Below are positions 42,170 to 55,640 of a stretch of 64,000 nucleotides of DNA, one piece after another. This DNA is from Octopus vulgaris (lineage: Eukaryota): NCBI GenBank assembly GCA_951406725.2, contig OX597819.1, forward strand, positions 67,828,001 to 67,892,000, in the 5' to 3' direction. Position 1 is the stretch's first letter. The number at the start of each line of letters is the position of its first letter. A program made the translations under genes and the position numbers. The notes beneath the pieces are model-generated. The model worked only from the letters and a program-made list of their open reading frames with translations, was not told the origin of the DNA and did not search any database.

Positions 42170-42460
42170 GTCTCACAGTGTCCAACAAACCCTCCACATC
42201 CGACTTCGACTGGAAAATGCTCTGCTATCCAGCCTGTCTTCACATTCCAATAGGAGGGTCACATAATGGTCAATCTGTTATATGCCACAATACATTCTTT
42301 TTCTAAACTGAGCTGCTGAGATACCCCTATTAAATATTTCCCTCATGTTTATAAAAAATATGGTAGACCAATATCCGTACTAGATAGCTATTCTCTTATA
42401 TCCTGTGGTTGTCTCGCATATTTTGTTAGTCCATAAAAATGGCTGTTTCGTATCAAAATT
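42170..42460 (-). mobile_element. REL-endonuclease non-LTR relic (Hero/NeSL-like)
   Basis: The minus strand encodes HFPVEVGCGGFVG, resembling the PVEVGCRGF C-terminal motif of these clades. Otherwise highly decayed. Confidence 0.45.
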
Positions 42461-45025
42461 GCTTAATTGGCCTTACTCTCATTCTGTTTAATTGCCTTGA
42501 AATTTATCCATCGTCATTCCATATGAATTCATTTTTTATCTTTATTGCTTTTAAATCTTTGTAGAGATTCTCATTAACTCTTCTAAATATATTTTACTCT
42601 AATGTGGTCTGTCATTTCATGTACATGCTCCTCATTCTTGAGTTTATTATGGAGGAATCTTCCTGTTGGGTCTCAATAATTTTTGGTCTTTGCTTGTAAT
42701 TATTGATTTCATGCGACTTGCTGGAATCTGTGAGTTCCAGACGAGTTGTATATATTCCCGTATGTGTTTATTTCTGTTCATCTGAGGTTTAAACTTCATG
42801 TTTCTTGCAGGTGATAAATATTCATATTCCTTCGTATGGTAAAATTCCCGCAGCCGATGTTTTCTAAATTTCTTCAAGTTTTTAATGTAATCTGTTGTGG
42901 CGAGTTTGAGAATTGTAGTAAATTTAATTCCCATTTTCTAAAACTTTTATTTCTTTCTTTGTATACGATAATGATTTGCTAAATTTCTTACATCCGAATT
43001 ATTGGTCGAATATTTTCTTTAAATTATTTATCATTATTTCTTTCGTTCTATCTGTTTTTCGCCTTTTTTCGGGACGCCTACTCACTATTAGTTACTTTTT
43101 GTTGTATTTTTTAACGCGTTTCCCAGCAACTAACACTAGATTAACTCTGGGGTATTTGGGATGAAGTGTGGGAGGGTCTGAGGACAAATACTGGAGACAG
43201 CAGGAAAAGAAAGAATGTAATCCATAAAAAATGACTACATCCCAAAGGTACACTGAATGAAGAGAAAGGGGATTGTGAGATATTAATTCAGAAGATAAGC
43301 TCGAACATTGTGGAATACCGAACCAATAGTCTGCAACTAAAAAGCAAACACGGGAAAGTTACGATTCACTACAGGATCTCATGCGATATGAAAATGGTAA
43401 CCTTCATGTGTAATTGTTTGAAGAATGTAAACTGTACAACTTGATCATGAACATTTTCCTTATTAAAGTCAAACACTTTGTTGATACTAGTATCATGTTT
43501 TGCGGATTACCTTCGAAAATCTGTAAGAATAATGAAATTTTCTAGTGTTGCTTTTTTTCGCAGTAGTCTTCATTTTTTTCTTAATTGTAACCTTCTTTTC
43601 AAATATAAAGTTTGTAAATTTAAGATTTGTTCGTTTCCCAAATAATCATGTGAAGCACTGGCTTTAAGAAAAATTCAATACACGTGTGCTTTCTGAAAGA
43701 TAGATTGATATTGGCTTTTAATTTTAACTGACCAGTAGAATTTCCCCCCAATAAAAGTGTTAAATGATCGTTAATTCACTTTAAACACAGACTGCACTTT
43801 TCGTTCCCTGTATAAGAGCTATTAACACTACAATTTCAAATCTAGTGCAATTTGTCAACCACCATTTATTCCACGAAAATTCAGTCCGATAATTGTCATC
43901 CGCAGTTTTAATTGACACCAAAACCTTAACATTGCTGGACTAAATTGATTCCTAACATTGACGAATCTTCAGGAATATCGAGAAATTATTTTTTTCCCTT
44001 AGTTGCACAACCTTCATTTTGTTTAATTTTCATACGTTTTCTTTATTCCATTCTCTTCGTGTGGCCGCCATCGTATTGAGAGTTTTCGCTTGGTTGCACA
44101 TTTAACTAAAACGAATGGATTATCGGTTGAATCGTAGAGCCAAATCTACAGCAGATGTTCCATTTCATTTACTAGAGTTCCTCGGTTTCTGGATGTTTAG
44201 AAATTTGATGATAAATCAAAACTTTTCACATTGTTCCTTATAAATCTTCTTGTATTAGATATTATATTATGCAATTTTGATTGTCAAATAGCGTCAATTT
44301 AAATAACTCTAGCTTCGAAACCACAGCTAATTGTTAGTAAAGTTTCTTCTGATCACGTAACAGTCCACGTTCTCTTCACACATAATAAATTGAGAACTTA
44401 GAAAGAAGGAAAAACTACTGATTAATTGATTATCGCGAAACTGAATGCGCAATGGATGCAGTTTGAAGATGTAACATGTGTAGTATGTTGGTATGTGCTA
44501 TGTTCCAACCTAGCTGTTGGATATTTACCTCAACGTGAACTACTGAGGTGGTCAGAGGACAGAAAGACTATTCACCACAATGCAATGTTTTGTTGATACG
44601 GAATCGACAAAAATGCCAGTCAAATAGAGGAAACGGTAAAATCATAAATAACACCTTACAAAATCAATGCAACTGAGCCATTTATTTGGCAGCAGCTGAA
44701 GAAGAAAAAACAAACCTACGGGAAATTTTATCGCTTTGCTTTTCATTATACTGAAGTAACGCGAGTTCTGATATACAGTATTTGATATGTAATGGAGTGT
44801 ATTCAGACATATATAAGCAGAAAAATCAATATTCTAATGCGATATGTATATAAACGTATGTGTGTATGTCTGTATGTATGTGTGTATGCATTATATATGT
44901 ATATATATATATATATACATATGTGTGTGTGTGTGTGTATGCATGTATGTATATATATATATATATATTGGTGTATATAATGTATACATACATATATATG
45001 ACATATACATAAACATACATACATA

Positions 45026-46675
45026 CACTTGCGTCGGAAATTAATTAGCACTTCTCAAATTTCTACATTTTCTTACATTTTCTTAATTTAATTAACTTAT
45101 TATCAGAAACGAACTCGTTTATAATCAAAAATTTATTAAAACATATCCCAGCACACCACATAATTGTTATTAATCGTGAAATTTAGTCAATATCTTGTTG
45201 CTCCTCCTTTGGCAGCAATGACAGCTGCTACGCGGGTCGGCATGCTGTCTATGAGTGCCTGCAGGTACTGTGCAGGGATGGCCCTCCATGCAGCAAGAAG
45301 TGCCCCAAACAGCTTGTGTCGGTTCAGGTCAGGTGACTGGCCAGGCCAGTCCATGACCGTCACCCCATGGTCATTGAAGAAACCGGTTGTGAGCTTGGCT
45401 GTGTGGGAAGGCACGTTGTCCTGCTGGAGCACGTACGCCTCGCCACCAAAGAGGTATCCCGTACTATCTCAACGCACTTTGCTGCGTTGATGTTGCCTTC
45501 GACGGCATAGAGCCGCCCAACACCACTGTAACTGAACGCCCCTCACACCATCAGACCACCCCCACCATGCTTCATGGTGAGAGCAATGCAGTATTTGTTG
45601 AAGCGCTCACCCCTGCGGCGTCGCACATGGACAGGCTTGTCACTGACGAGACTGAATCGCGACTCGTCAGTGAACATCACTGTCCACCACTGCTGCACGG
45701 TCCATGTCTTGTGGGCACGGGCCCAGAGCAGCCGCCTCTTCCAGTTTTGGGCTGTAAGGAGCGGCTTATGGGCGGCCCTACAGGATTTTAGACCAGCTTC
45801 CAGTAATCTGGTCTTGACGGTGGTTGTAGACAACTGCTTCCCTGTCATCGTTTGCATCTCCTCCGCCAGTTGCTGGCTCGTTGCCCTTCGGTTGTACAGC
45901 GACTTTCGGATCAGCATCCGGTCCTCCCGCTGGGTCGTCAGCCTCTTCCGTCCCCTACCCTTTTTGTCAGCTGCTGATCCGGTTTCCTCGTATTTCTTAA
46001 ATAAGCACTGAATTGTGCGCCTGGCTACACCAAGTTTTCTGGCTATTGCAGCCTCCGACAGCTTCCCACGCCACAAGAGAGCCTCGTACCGTCTCTCCAA
46101 GGTCATGCGAGGTCTTGGGCCCATCTAGGAATGAACGATAAAAACCAGTTATTTTCATTAAAACTATTTATTTGAATAATGTTATGCTATAACAAAACTG
46201 CTATGAGTTATTATTCATTAAACAAAAAAGAAAGAAAGCAGAATTTCTCACCTTATTTGATGTATAACAGAAAGTTTTGTGAACCAGAAGTGTCGTCATC
46301 AAGCAGAGTGTAGGAGAATTTGTGAGGAAAAAAATCTTGCAAATACACAAATCATTTAACCTACGAGCTGTTCAAAACGTCTTACGCGATGAGAAAACTT
46401 AGTACGGTGTGATTTCGGTCCTTGCGAGGCGCTACCTATATCTATTAAACAAAGGAAGATTTGTCTGCATCCGCACTCCAAGTTGTTGTTGCACTGCTAT
46501 GTCAACATCATTAGGCTGTAGACTCTCAAACTGCTCTGCAAACAAAGTTACGTCATCGTTCTGCGCAACAGTGAACTCACAACAAAGCAATAGTTCGAGA
46601 TATGGCCACTAGGTGACAGCAAATACCTTGAGTGAAGAGAAAATCAAGGGTGCTAATTAATTTCTGACGGTAGTG
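45026..46675 (-). mobile_element. Tc1-family DNA transposon with both ends present
   Basis: 26-bp TIRs CACTTGCGTCGGAAATTAATTAGCAC and CACTACCGTCAGAAATTAATTAGCAC (23/26 identical). TA flanks at 45024-45025 and 46676-46677. Confidence 0.95.
45187..46124 (-). pseudogene. Tc1 transposase, inactivated
   Basis: HTH, GRGRKR, KPLL, FTDES, KHGGG, QQDN, WPGQSPDLN, GGATRY. TGA after GLMV, a frameshift, and a deletion removing the PIEN (catalytic E) segment. Confidence 0.93.
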
Positions 46676-46713
46676 TACATACATTCATATGCAACTATAT
46701 GCATGAGAATACA

Positions 46714-46813
<100 letters not shown>

Positions 46814-47573
46814 AAGATACTGCGTTCTTGATGTTGAAAGTCCAATGAGGGAGTTTTGGATCTAGATTAGAAACCGGTTCTTTCTCTATTGGTCAGAAAG
46901 TTTGAAATAAAACTAAATAAGCAAATACATACATACATACACTTATAGATATGCAAGTGTATACAATATCAGTGTCATTTTGAGATCGTCCTATGCTCTC
47001 GACCTGATTAGTCAGCAAATTTTTCTACATTCACCCATGTGATATTGGCGTCTCTCGTAAAGGTTATGAATGTTCAACGTAATGTATTTTTCGGGCTTCT
47101 TGTCATTATTTCTCACTCTGGCGCGAACAATTTGAAGATGATTTTGAATGCTATTGTTGTAGTCCCAGGCATATGCGATTCACTACTTTTAATCTTGGTT
47201 CAATGATTGCTTGGACAACGCCTCGAAAGTATACATTCCAATATATGAAACCAAGCGTTTGTGTTGTTGTTGCTTTTTTATACAGTAATAGTTCTGTAGA
47301 AATCATACGCCAATCTTCTATGTTACGAAACCGTACGCAAAACAACACAGCTTGTCAAGCAGTGGAGAAGACACAAGCAAAAAATAAAGATAGGCTCAGG
47401 AGAGACTGTAACGTAAGTAGATTCCTTATCAACCATGGTTCAGGGTTTAGTCCTAGTGCGAGGCACTTTGGCTTTGGTCAAGTGACTTCTACTATAGCCT
47501 AGGGCTGACAAACTCTTATGAGTGGATTTGGTAGATGGAAACAGAAAGAAGCCTGTCGTATATATATATACAT

Positions 47574-47985
47574 ATTAGGGTATCTACGAGATACCACCAT
47601 GCTGAAAATAGCAGCCATGATTTGACTCTAAAACCACCTTAATTATCCATATATCAACATGGAGAGAAAACAAAGAGACAAGATGAAAGTAGTAAAAAAT
47701 TACTGCATAATTCTAGATTCCGAAATCCAGGATCTAGAATTATCCAGTAATTTTTTACTAGTTTCATCTTGTCTCTTTGTTTTCTCTCCGTGTTGATATA
47801 TGGATAATTAAGGTAGTTTTAGAGTCAAATCATAGCTGCTGTCTTCAGCATGGTGGTATTTCGTAGATACCCTAATTTATAATTTCAATAATTATTACCT
47901 TTAAAGGTTACTTTTTCCATGCTGATCACTTCATAAAATCGTTGTTTCATTTTCAATTTAACGATCTTATCCTTATTTATATAAA
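47574..47985. mobile_element. Long foldback element: 147-bp inverted arms (47574-47720 and 47730-47876) plus an unpaired tail
   Basis: About 9 mismatches by manual count and a 9-nt loop. The tail ends CTTATCCTTATTTATA. Flanked by TA runs. Confidence 0.9.
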
Positions 47986-48010
47986 TTATATATCTATATA
48001 TATGTATATA

Positions 48011-49303
48011 TTGGGTTAGCAACTAAGTTCCCACCGTTCTTTTAAAATTTTGGTATTTATTGCGTTTTTAAATTTTGGAATATATTTTTTCCGAGAATTC
48101 TATTTTTAAATCATCTTAGAATATATTTTGTTTTGTTTTGTTTTTTCTAGTTAATTTTAGTGAATTTTAGTTTATTTTCAGATCATTAAAATGAAATGTC
48201 AAGTTAAGAAAAACGAGCATTTTCTACACCTCCTTCTTTTTGCTTTTAATGAAGGTTCTAAGGCCGCAAAAGCTCCTATAGCCATTTGTGCTGTTTTTGG
48301 AGGGGGTGTCATAGCTTAAAGAACCGCTCGTGATTGGTATGCTAAGTTCAAAAATGGAAATTTAGACCTCAAAGACGCACCTCATTCTGGCCGTCTAGTT
48401 GAGTTCGATGAAGAGCGATTAAACCAACTTTTCCATGAAAATTCTCGTCAAACGACAAGGGAACTGGCAGAGAAAATGAAATGCTCCCACTCTGCTCTAG
48501 AGAAGCATCTCCACTCGATGGGGAAGGTTCGGAAGTACGGAGCAGGAATTCCGCATGCTTTAAGGGACAACAAAAATCAACGAGCCACAATCTCCGCTGG
48601 TTTGCTTGCTAAACTGATGGACACAAGCAGCGATTTCTTTACCGAATCTTTACTGGCGACGAAAAATGGGGCCTGCGCATCAATATGAAGCAGCGTAAGA
48701 AGTGGCTTAGCCCCGGTAAACAAGCGACAACGGGCGTGAAACAAGATCTTCACCCGCGTAAAACGATGTTGTGCGTATGGTGAGAGTTGGAAGGGATTAT
48801 CCATTACGAATTGCTTGAACGGAACCAAACGGTCAACGTGGAACTCTATGCTAAACAGATGGAACGACTTAACACAGCTATTCAAGAGAAAAAACCTAAT
48901 CAGTAGTCTGGAGATCTTCTGCTGCACGACAACGCCCGCGCTCATATCGCACATATGACCAAGAAAGCCATTCAAATGAATGGCTGAGAAGTGCTGCCAC
49001 ACCGGCCGTACTCTCCAGATTTGGCGCCAACGGATTTCCTCCCCTTTCTATCTCTTTCAAATGCCATGGGCGGAGTTTCGTTCGATACTGATGCAGAATT
49101 GAGAGCCTGGTTGCATCAATTTTTCGAGTCGAAATCGAGTGATTTCTACGAACGAGGTATTGAAAAACCTTGTTGGACGAGGGGAAGAATTTGTAAACAA
49201 CAAGGCTGAATACATTATTGACTAATTATTTGTCAATATTTTTATTAAACCTTTAAAACACTAAAGTTTTTTTAAAATAGCAGTAACTTAGTTGCCAACC
49301 CAA
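48011..49303 (+). mobile_element. Full-length mariner element (mellifera-like TIR); transposase pseudogene ~48191-49225
   Basis: TIRs TTGGGTT(A/G)GCAACTAAGTT with TA flanks. Motifs KNEHFLHLLLFAFN, GIPHAL, TGDEKW, HDNARAH, YSPDLAPTDF. Several stops and frameshifts. Confidence 0.93.
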
Positions 49304-49348
49304 TATATATATTTATTAGAAGCATATTCTAAGATATAGACCAGCTAA

Positions 49349-49507
49349 TATTATGATGAGGAAGCCAAGCTTATAGGGTTACTCTGGGTTTCTAGCTCAT
49401 AAGGAGTTTTGCCTTACGGCATTGATTGTGGCATATAGATACGTCGTGAGGCCAGAACCATTAAGAGCGATAAACCCAAGTAAACCTCATAAACCGCGGC
49501 CTCCCTT

Positions 49508-49517
<10 letters not shown>
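49349..49517. repeat. Imperfect inverted repeat (~55-bp arms) next to (TA)n
   Basis: TATTATGATGAGGAAGCC...CTGGGTTTCTAGCTCATAAGG versus CCATTAAGAGCGATAAACCCAAG...GGCCTCCCTTACTATAATA. Confidence 0.65.
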
Positions 49518-49544
<27 letters not shown>

Positions 49545-49750
49545 AAATAAGAAAATGGAGGAATACACCTTAATCAATAATCAACTACCAGATAATATCC
49601 ATTCACATAATTTATTAACCAACTACATATGAACATCAACGTCAAACATAATAGTACAGAACAAAACAGTAAACATCAATGAGTAATATGATACAATAAG
49701 TACAATATGTATAAATAAATATAAATAAAATAAATATATATATAAACTAT

Positions 49751-49878
49751 ATTTTACAGCTGTTTCAGCCACGTAGATATGAGTATCTCATTATGCTCAT
49801 ATTAGCCAGGTTTGATAAGTTAATATGTGGTTATAAATGAGACACTTACAAATATATCCAAAGGCCCCTTCAGAGATT
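49751..49878 (-). ncRNA. Degenerate hammerhead with a long stem-II insert
   Basis: ATCT-CTGAAGG-GGCC...(~95 nt)...GGCT-GAAA-CAGCTG-TA-AAAT. Palindromic stem III; A9 changed to G. Confidence 0.55.
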
Positions 49879-50154
49879 ATAAAGTACAATCCAAATATGA
49901 ATATACGAGAAGGTTCACCTATACAAGAATGAGTACATATTCATAATATATAATATACACATACATATAAGTGTATATACACATGCACCTTTATATATAT
50001 AAGTATATGCATGATAATATATAATAATATACATACATATATATAAGGTTACAGTTAGTCAAATCAATATATTAGAATATACAAACATACACATATCCAC
50101 ATGAAAATGTACATATACAAAGTCAAGAGTTCATTATATTAAGTTACAAAATGC

Positions 50155-50191
<37 letters not shown>

Positions 50192-50194
<3 letters not shown>

Positions 50195-50356
50195 TAGTTT
50201 TATTTTTATTTTTATAGCGTGCTTTCACTTCACTACCGAGCGCAGCTCTGTGTGCCTTGGGTATGTGCTGTGATTTGTTGTGATGCTCTGATGGTTATTG
50301 TATGGAAAGTGTTCTGCGTAGGATGTGTGCAGTGCCTAGTAGTGCAATTTTCTGTA

Positions 50357-50360
<4 letters not shown>
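50192..50360 (-). mobile_element. R4/Dong 3'-terminal fragment in (TTA)n
   Basis: Reverse complement of 15045-15210 (IQKIALLGTAHILRRTLS plus 3' UTR). Confidence 0.88.
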
Positions 50361-50396
<36 letters not shown>

Positions 50397-51284
50397 GTTA
50401 TTATTATTATTATTATCATCAATAAAGATACCAGTAAAATAATATGTGCATATTATTTTGGTTACTAAATTATGTGAATGGGTATTATCTGGTAGTTGAT
50501 TATTGATTAAGGTGTATTCCTCTATTTTCTTATTTTGTATAATGAATTTGTGGTAAAACATTTTAAATTTCGCCCATATAATACAATATATGAATTAACT
50601 GCATCGCAATTCTTAACATTTATGTATTAACTTTGTTGGGTGCTTTACTGGCAGTATATTGGATATATGTTATCCTATGGTGGGTTGCACTCAAAACCCC
50701 TATCTCAATTTGTATATATATTTTCGGGAAAAAATTTTATCAATGGCCAGCATATCAAAAAATACCTTTAAATGTTAAATTTATAAATAATAATTAAATT
50801 TATAATTTTGTAAATTATATATATATATACATATATATTTATATCCGTATATATGTGTACGTATATATATATATATATATACATATGTTTGTGTGTCTGT
50901 GACAAACTACCACCACCACCACCACCACCTGACAACCGATGTTTCTGTGTTTACGTCCCCTTAGCGTTCCGGCGAAAGAACCCAATAAAATAAGTACTTG
51001 GCTAACAAAGAAAAAGTCCTGTGACCGATACTTCGACTAAAGTCGGTGCTCCAGCATAGCTGCAGTCAAATGATTTGGGACAAATAAAAGTATAAATATA
51101 TAACATATATTATCTGACATTGTGTGGTTCTTGCAATAAATGCAGCGAATAATTGTTACTAATTTAAAGCTGCTAAATATCATATTCAGTTTCAATTTCA
51201 ATTTCTTGATTGCATTCTATAGTAAAAGTTTGCTTTGCTTGGCATTTTCATTTAGATTACTCTGTGAAATATATACCGGTTCTA

Positions 51285-51508
51285 CATCGCTAACGACGCC
51301 GACAAGAGTTCCAGTTGATCCAGTCAACGGAACAACTTGCTCGTGAGATTAACGTAAGATACGCGTACCCCTTCACATGGTTCTCAGGGAGATTCAACGT
51401 GACACAGATAGTGACAAGGCTGGTCTCTTGAAAGACAGTTACTCATCTCTGCTAGCTGAGCGTGCTGGAATAACTGGAACCGTCGTCGTCGTAAGCGACG
51501 GAATGCCA

Positions 51509-51565
<57 letters not shown>

Positions 51566-51905
51566 TATGTGGTAAGAAGTTTACTTCACAGACACATGGT
51601 CTCGGGTTCACTGCATGTCATCACCTTGGCCAAGTGTCTTCTACTAGAGCCTCGAACCGACCAAAACCTTGTGAATGGATTTGGTAGACGGAACTTTGAA
51701 GAAACCCGTCGTATATGAATGTGTGTGTGTGTGCTTGTGTATTTGTGAGACTCTGTTTGTTCCCCCACCGTTGATTGGCAACCGGTGTTGGTGTGTTTAC
51801 GTCCCCGTAACCTAGCCGTTCACCAAAAGAGACCGACAGATTAGAATAATTATTCGACTAAAGGCTGGGTGATAGAACATGACCGCACTCAAATGATTGA
51901 AAAAA
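51285..51905. mobile_element. SINE cluster: family A/D pieces in opposite orientations (51285-51508) and a family B copy (51562-51905, +)
   Basis: Matches to 1690-2058, 24190-24422 and 1170-1520. Confidence 0.7.
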
Positions 51906-52530
51906 TTATAAGAATATATATATATATATATATATATATCATATACGCTCACCCAAACACACACAGACACAATTTTACGTATATAGACATACACACCTAT
52001 ATTATATTATACGATAAAATTTAAAACAAGACAAAAATGACATTGAGGAAAAAGGTATCAGTATATTTCATGAAATAGAAAAGGATTCTGAAAGAAACAC
52101 GAAGTTAGAAGGGATGAAAAAATAATTAATGCAAACGCAGAAACAAAATTGAAAATTAAAAGAAATACTATTTTTTTATTAAAACACTAAATACTGCAAG
52201 AAAAAAAAACGTTGAATTAATGGATAAAAGGTTTGCCGTGAATTTCTCATGGGAAATATAGAATGCCCAAAGTTTCCTGGGGGAAAACTCGCCACAATGA
52301 AAATTATTTAGAGACAGTAGACTTTAATATCCACTAGGTTAGAAAATTTGTCAGCAACAGCTCATTCAAAATTGAAGTATATAAAGAAAATTCTGCAGTT
52401 TGTCATTACTTTCTCTGCTGACAAGTTTTCCCTGAAGACGTCAGTCCAAATGTTGGGTTTCATTCCCACCAAGGCACAACTCCTCTTATTGCTTATGCTT
52501 GGGCATGTGAGGGAGGCTGTATATATGTGT

Positions 52531-52571
<41 letters not shown>

Positions 52572-52628
52572 AGATAGTGTGTGTTTGTTAGGTAGATCCC
52601 TCCCTCCCTCCTTCCATCCATCCATACA

Positions 52629-52661
<33 letters not shown>

Positions 52662-53284
52662 GTGTTAAATAACGAGGATAGAATTTAATATTATTTTAAA
52701 CCAGTGGCTGGCATGCTTAAAATATGTTCGAAGATTATTGGATTATATTACATATATGAATAAGAGGAACAGCCACCAATATGCTAGAAGAAGACGCCAA
52801 AAGCACACTCTAAAGCATATAGAATCAAAGTATTTATTTGCAGTTAAATATTTGTCCAGTCATTCAGTAACCAATGGTTACGCATCCACAAAGCGGTTTT
52901 AGAGTCTCACGAATCATCCATGGAGCTATACTCTTTATAGATGCAAAGCCTTAATCACGCTATGACTGGACATATGCTTAAATGCATGTATGCATGCATG
53001 TATGTATGCATTTCTATCAAACGTAAGCATACATATACAAGTACAAACCGATCTCCATCCATGAGACAGAAAAAGTTATCTTTTTTCGTTTTGTTCTCTT
53101 TTGTTTCATAACTGAATTGCATGTTACAGTTTTTTTCTTTTGTTGTTTTTCAAATGTAATTCTCAGTTGACAAGCAATGCTTTCATACTTCTCTCCATAT
53201 GCTTACATAAACATGCATAAATACCAACATAAATGCCTACATCCATATATATATATGTGTGTGTTTGCTTTTATATATATGTAC

Positions 53285-53467
<183 letters not shown>

Positions 53468-53517
53468 CACATGCATACTTATATTTATATTTATGTATCA
53501 TATACGTGTGAATGTGA

Positions 53518-53550
<33 letters not shown>

Positions 53551-54284
53551 CGCACACACACACACACACACGTATGTTCATATTGCATTCTGATATCACT
53601 ATGTATTTTATATTTTATTTATATTATACTATTTTCTCTATATTATATGTATCTTGTATTTTCTGTGACTACATTACCTCGTGAGCACTATATTATTCGA
53701 TTATTCCACATAAACTATCTCCTATGTAAATCAAAATTATTTTGTATTATATCGTAAACAAAGCAATCGGCTTTATTTTTCTACGGAAATCGATTGTAAA
53801 AACAACATTTCTGATATAATTGCCACAGCAAATTGCTTTAACAAAACATATACCAGTGATTTGTTTCTAAGAGCACGCACAATGTATATATTTTTCATTA
53901 GTTTTATACATTTCTTCAGATATTTGCTTCTCGTATCCCGATTCGGCCGAGTATAATGTTTAAAGTTTCTGATATATTTCATTTTAATTTTCGTATATTT
54001 TGTTTGGTTATTTTACTAAGAATGGTACCACGCGGATGTTTATTGATGATTGCAAATCAGAAATGAGGTTTCGATAATTTGATTAGTATTTTCCATACAA
54101 ATATTCCGTGCATAGGACGAGCAAGAGAAAAATCTGCCAAATAAAAAGCAAGTTGCAATTTTCTATTTATTAACACCTCGCGCTTCGAAAAATGGTCTTC
54201 TGTGATTTGTGGCGTGAGATGATGCGTTACGTGCGCGTGCGTGTACCTGTCAATATATGGTAAGATGTGAATGCGAAATTACAT

Positions 54285-54336
<52 letters not shown>

Positions 54337-54343
54337 GTATGTA

Positions 54344-54396
<53 letters not shown>

Positions 54397-54408
54397 GTAT
54401 GTATGTAC

Positions 54409-54462
<54 letters not shown>

Positions 54463-55458
54463 GTATATTTTACATATGTGCATGCATGTATATATGTATG
54501 TGTGCATGTATGTAATATCATTGTAAGTTTAGCTGTGAGATAAGAAGTTTGATTACCAACAATAAGGTTTCAAGTTCAGTCCTCCTGCGCAGCACTTGAG
54601 ACATGTGTCTTCTTTCTGTACATTCAGCTTCATGAAAGACTTCTGAGTGGATTTTGTAGATGGAAGCTGAAATAAGGGAGTAGCATAGAAATATTTGCGT
54701 TTGTTTATGAGTGTATATGCATGATTTTGAATGTGTTTACGTTTGTACTTTTGCTGTTTATTTATGTTTATGTTCACGTAATAGCCGTTCTGCAAAAGAT
54801 ATTGATTGCTTAAATAGCAGGTTTAAAAAGATATGTACTGGTGTGCATGTTTGTCATTATTCAGTTATATTTCAAGGTTTCTTGCCGATAGGGAGAGTGT
54901 CGGTTTCTAAATAAGGCTCCTTCATTAGAATTTCAAAATCAACAATCAACAACAGGTTATTTTTCTATGGATACATGTATTTATGCATGTATATATGTAT
55001 GTATGCATGTATGTATGTATCTATCTATCTATCTACGTATATGTCGACAGATGTAGTGTTCGATAGATAATCTATAACTATATATACATATATAAGTCCT
55101 CGTAAGAAATGTACTTAATACCCGAAACGTCATCATGCAAAAGAAAAGGAAGAAAACCCATAAAAACGCATTATGAAGTCATAGTCTGTTTGCTTTTAGA
55201 AATTGTTTGTTTCTGTGTCAAAATGGTTCAAATAAATTATTGGTATTTAGAAAGATATTCTAAAGGAAAAATTTTATATGCGAAATGAGAACATTTTCGA
55301 CAATGCTGTCTATGTCACAAATACACATATATATGAAATTGCACGCAAACACCAAGTCAATGTCATTTACTCATGTTTTGGAACTTAGAAGCATATATCA
55401 ATATATTTCTAAGTACACACATATGTGTATGTGTTAATACATATTATTACATACATAC

Positions 55459-55509
<51 letters not shown>

Positions 55510-55515
55510 CATGTA

Positions 55516-55572
<57 letters not shown>

Positions 55573-55596
55573 GTATATAGACATATATGTATATGT

Positions 55597-55640
<44 letters not shown>

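Larger units (their letters stand above)
49540..50715. mobile_element. ORF-less PLE-type element with divergent inverted repeats and an internal HHR-like motif
   Basis: 49540-49622 is inverted at 50458-50541. The right copy continues as a tail to ~50715. HHR-like motif at 49751-49878 (-). Confidence 0.7.

Noticed and set aside
47835-47870. GAAA...CTGAAGA on the minus strand of the long hairpin as a hammerhead
   Set aside because: Only 10 nt separate the motifs, and neither motif is conserved in the opposite arm or the 5951 copy.
52425-52460. CC-CTGAAGA-cgtcagtcc-AAA-tg-TT-GGG as a hammerhead
   Set aside because: GAAA and stem II are broken and there is only one copy in the window. It may be a relic but cannot be supported.
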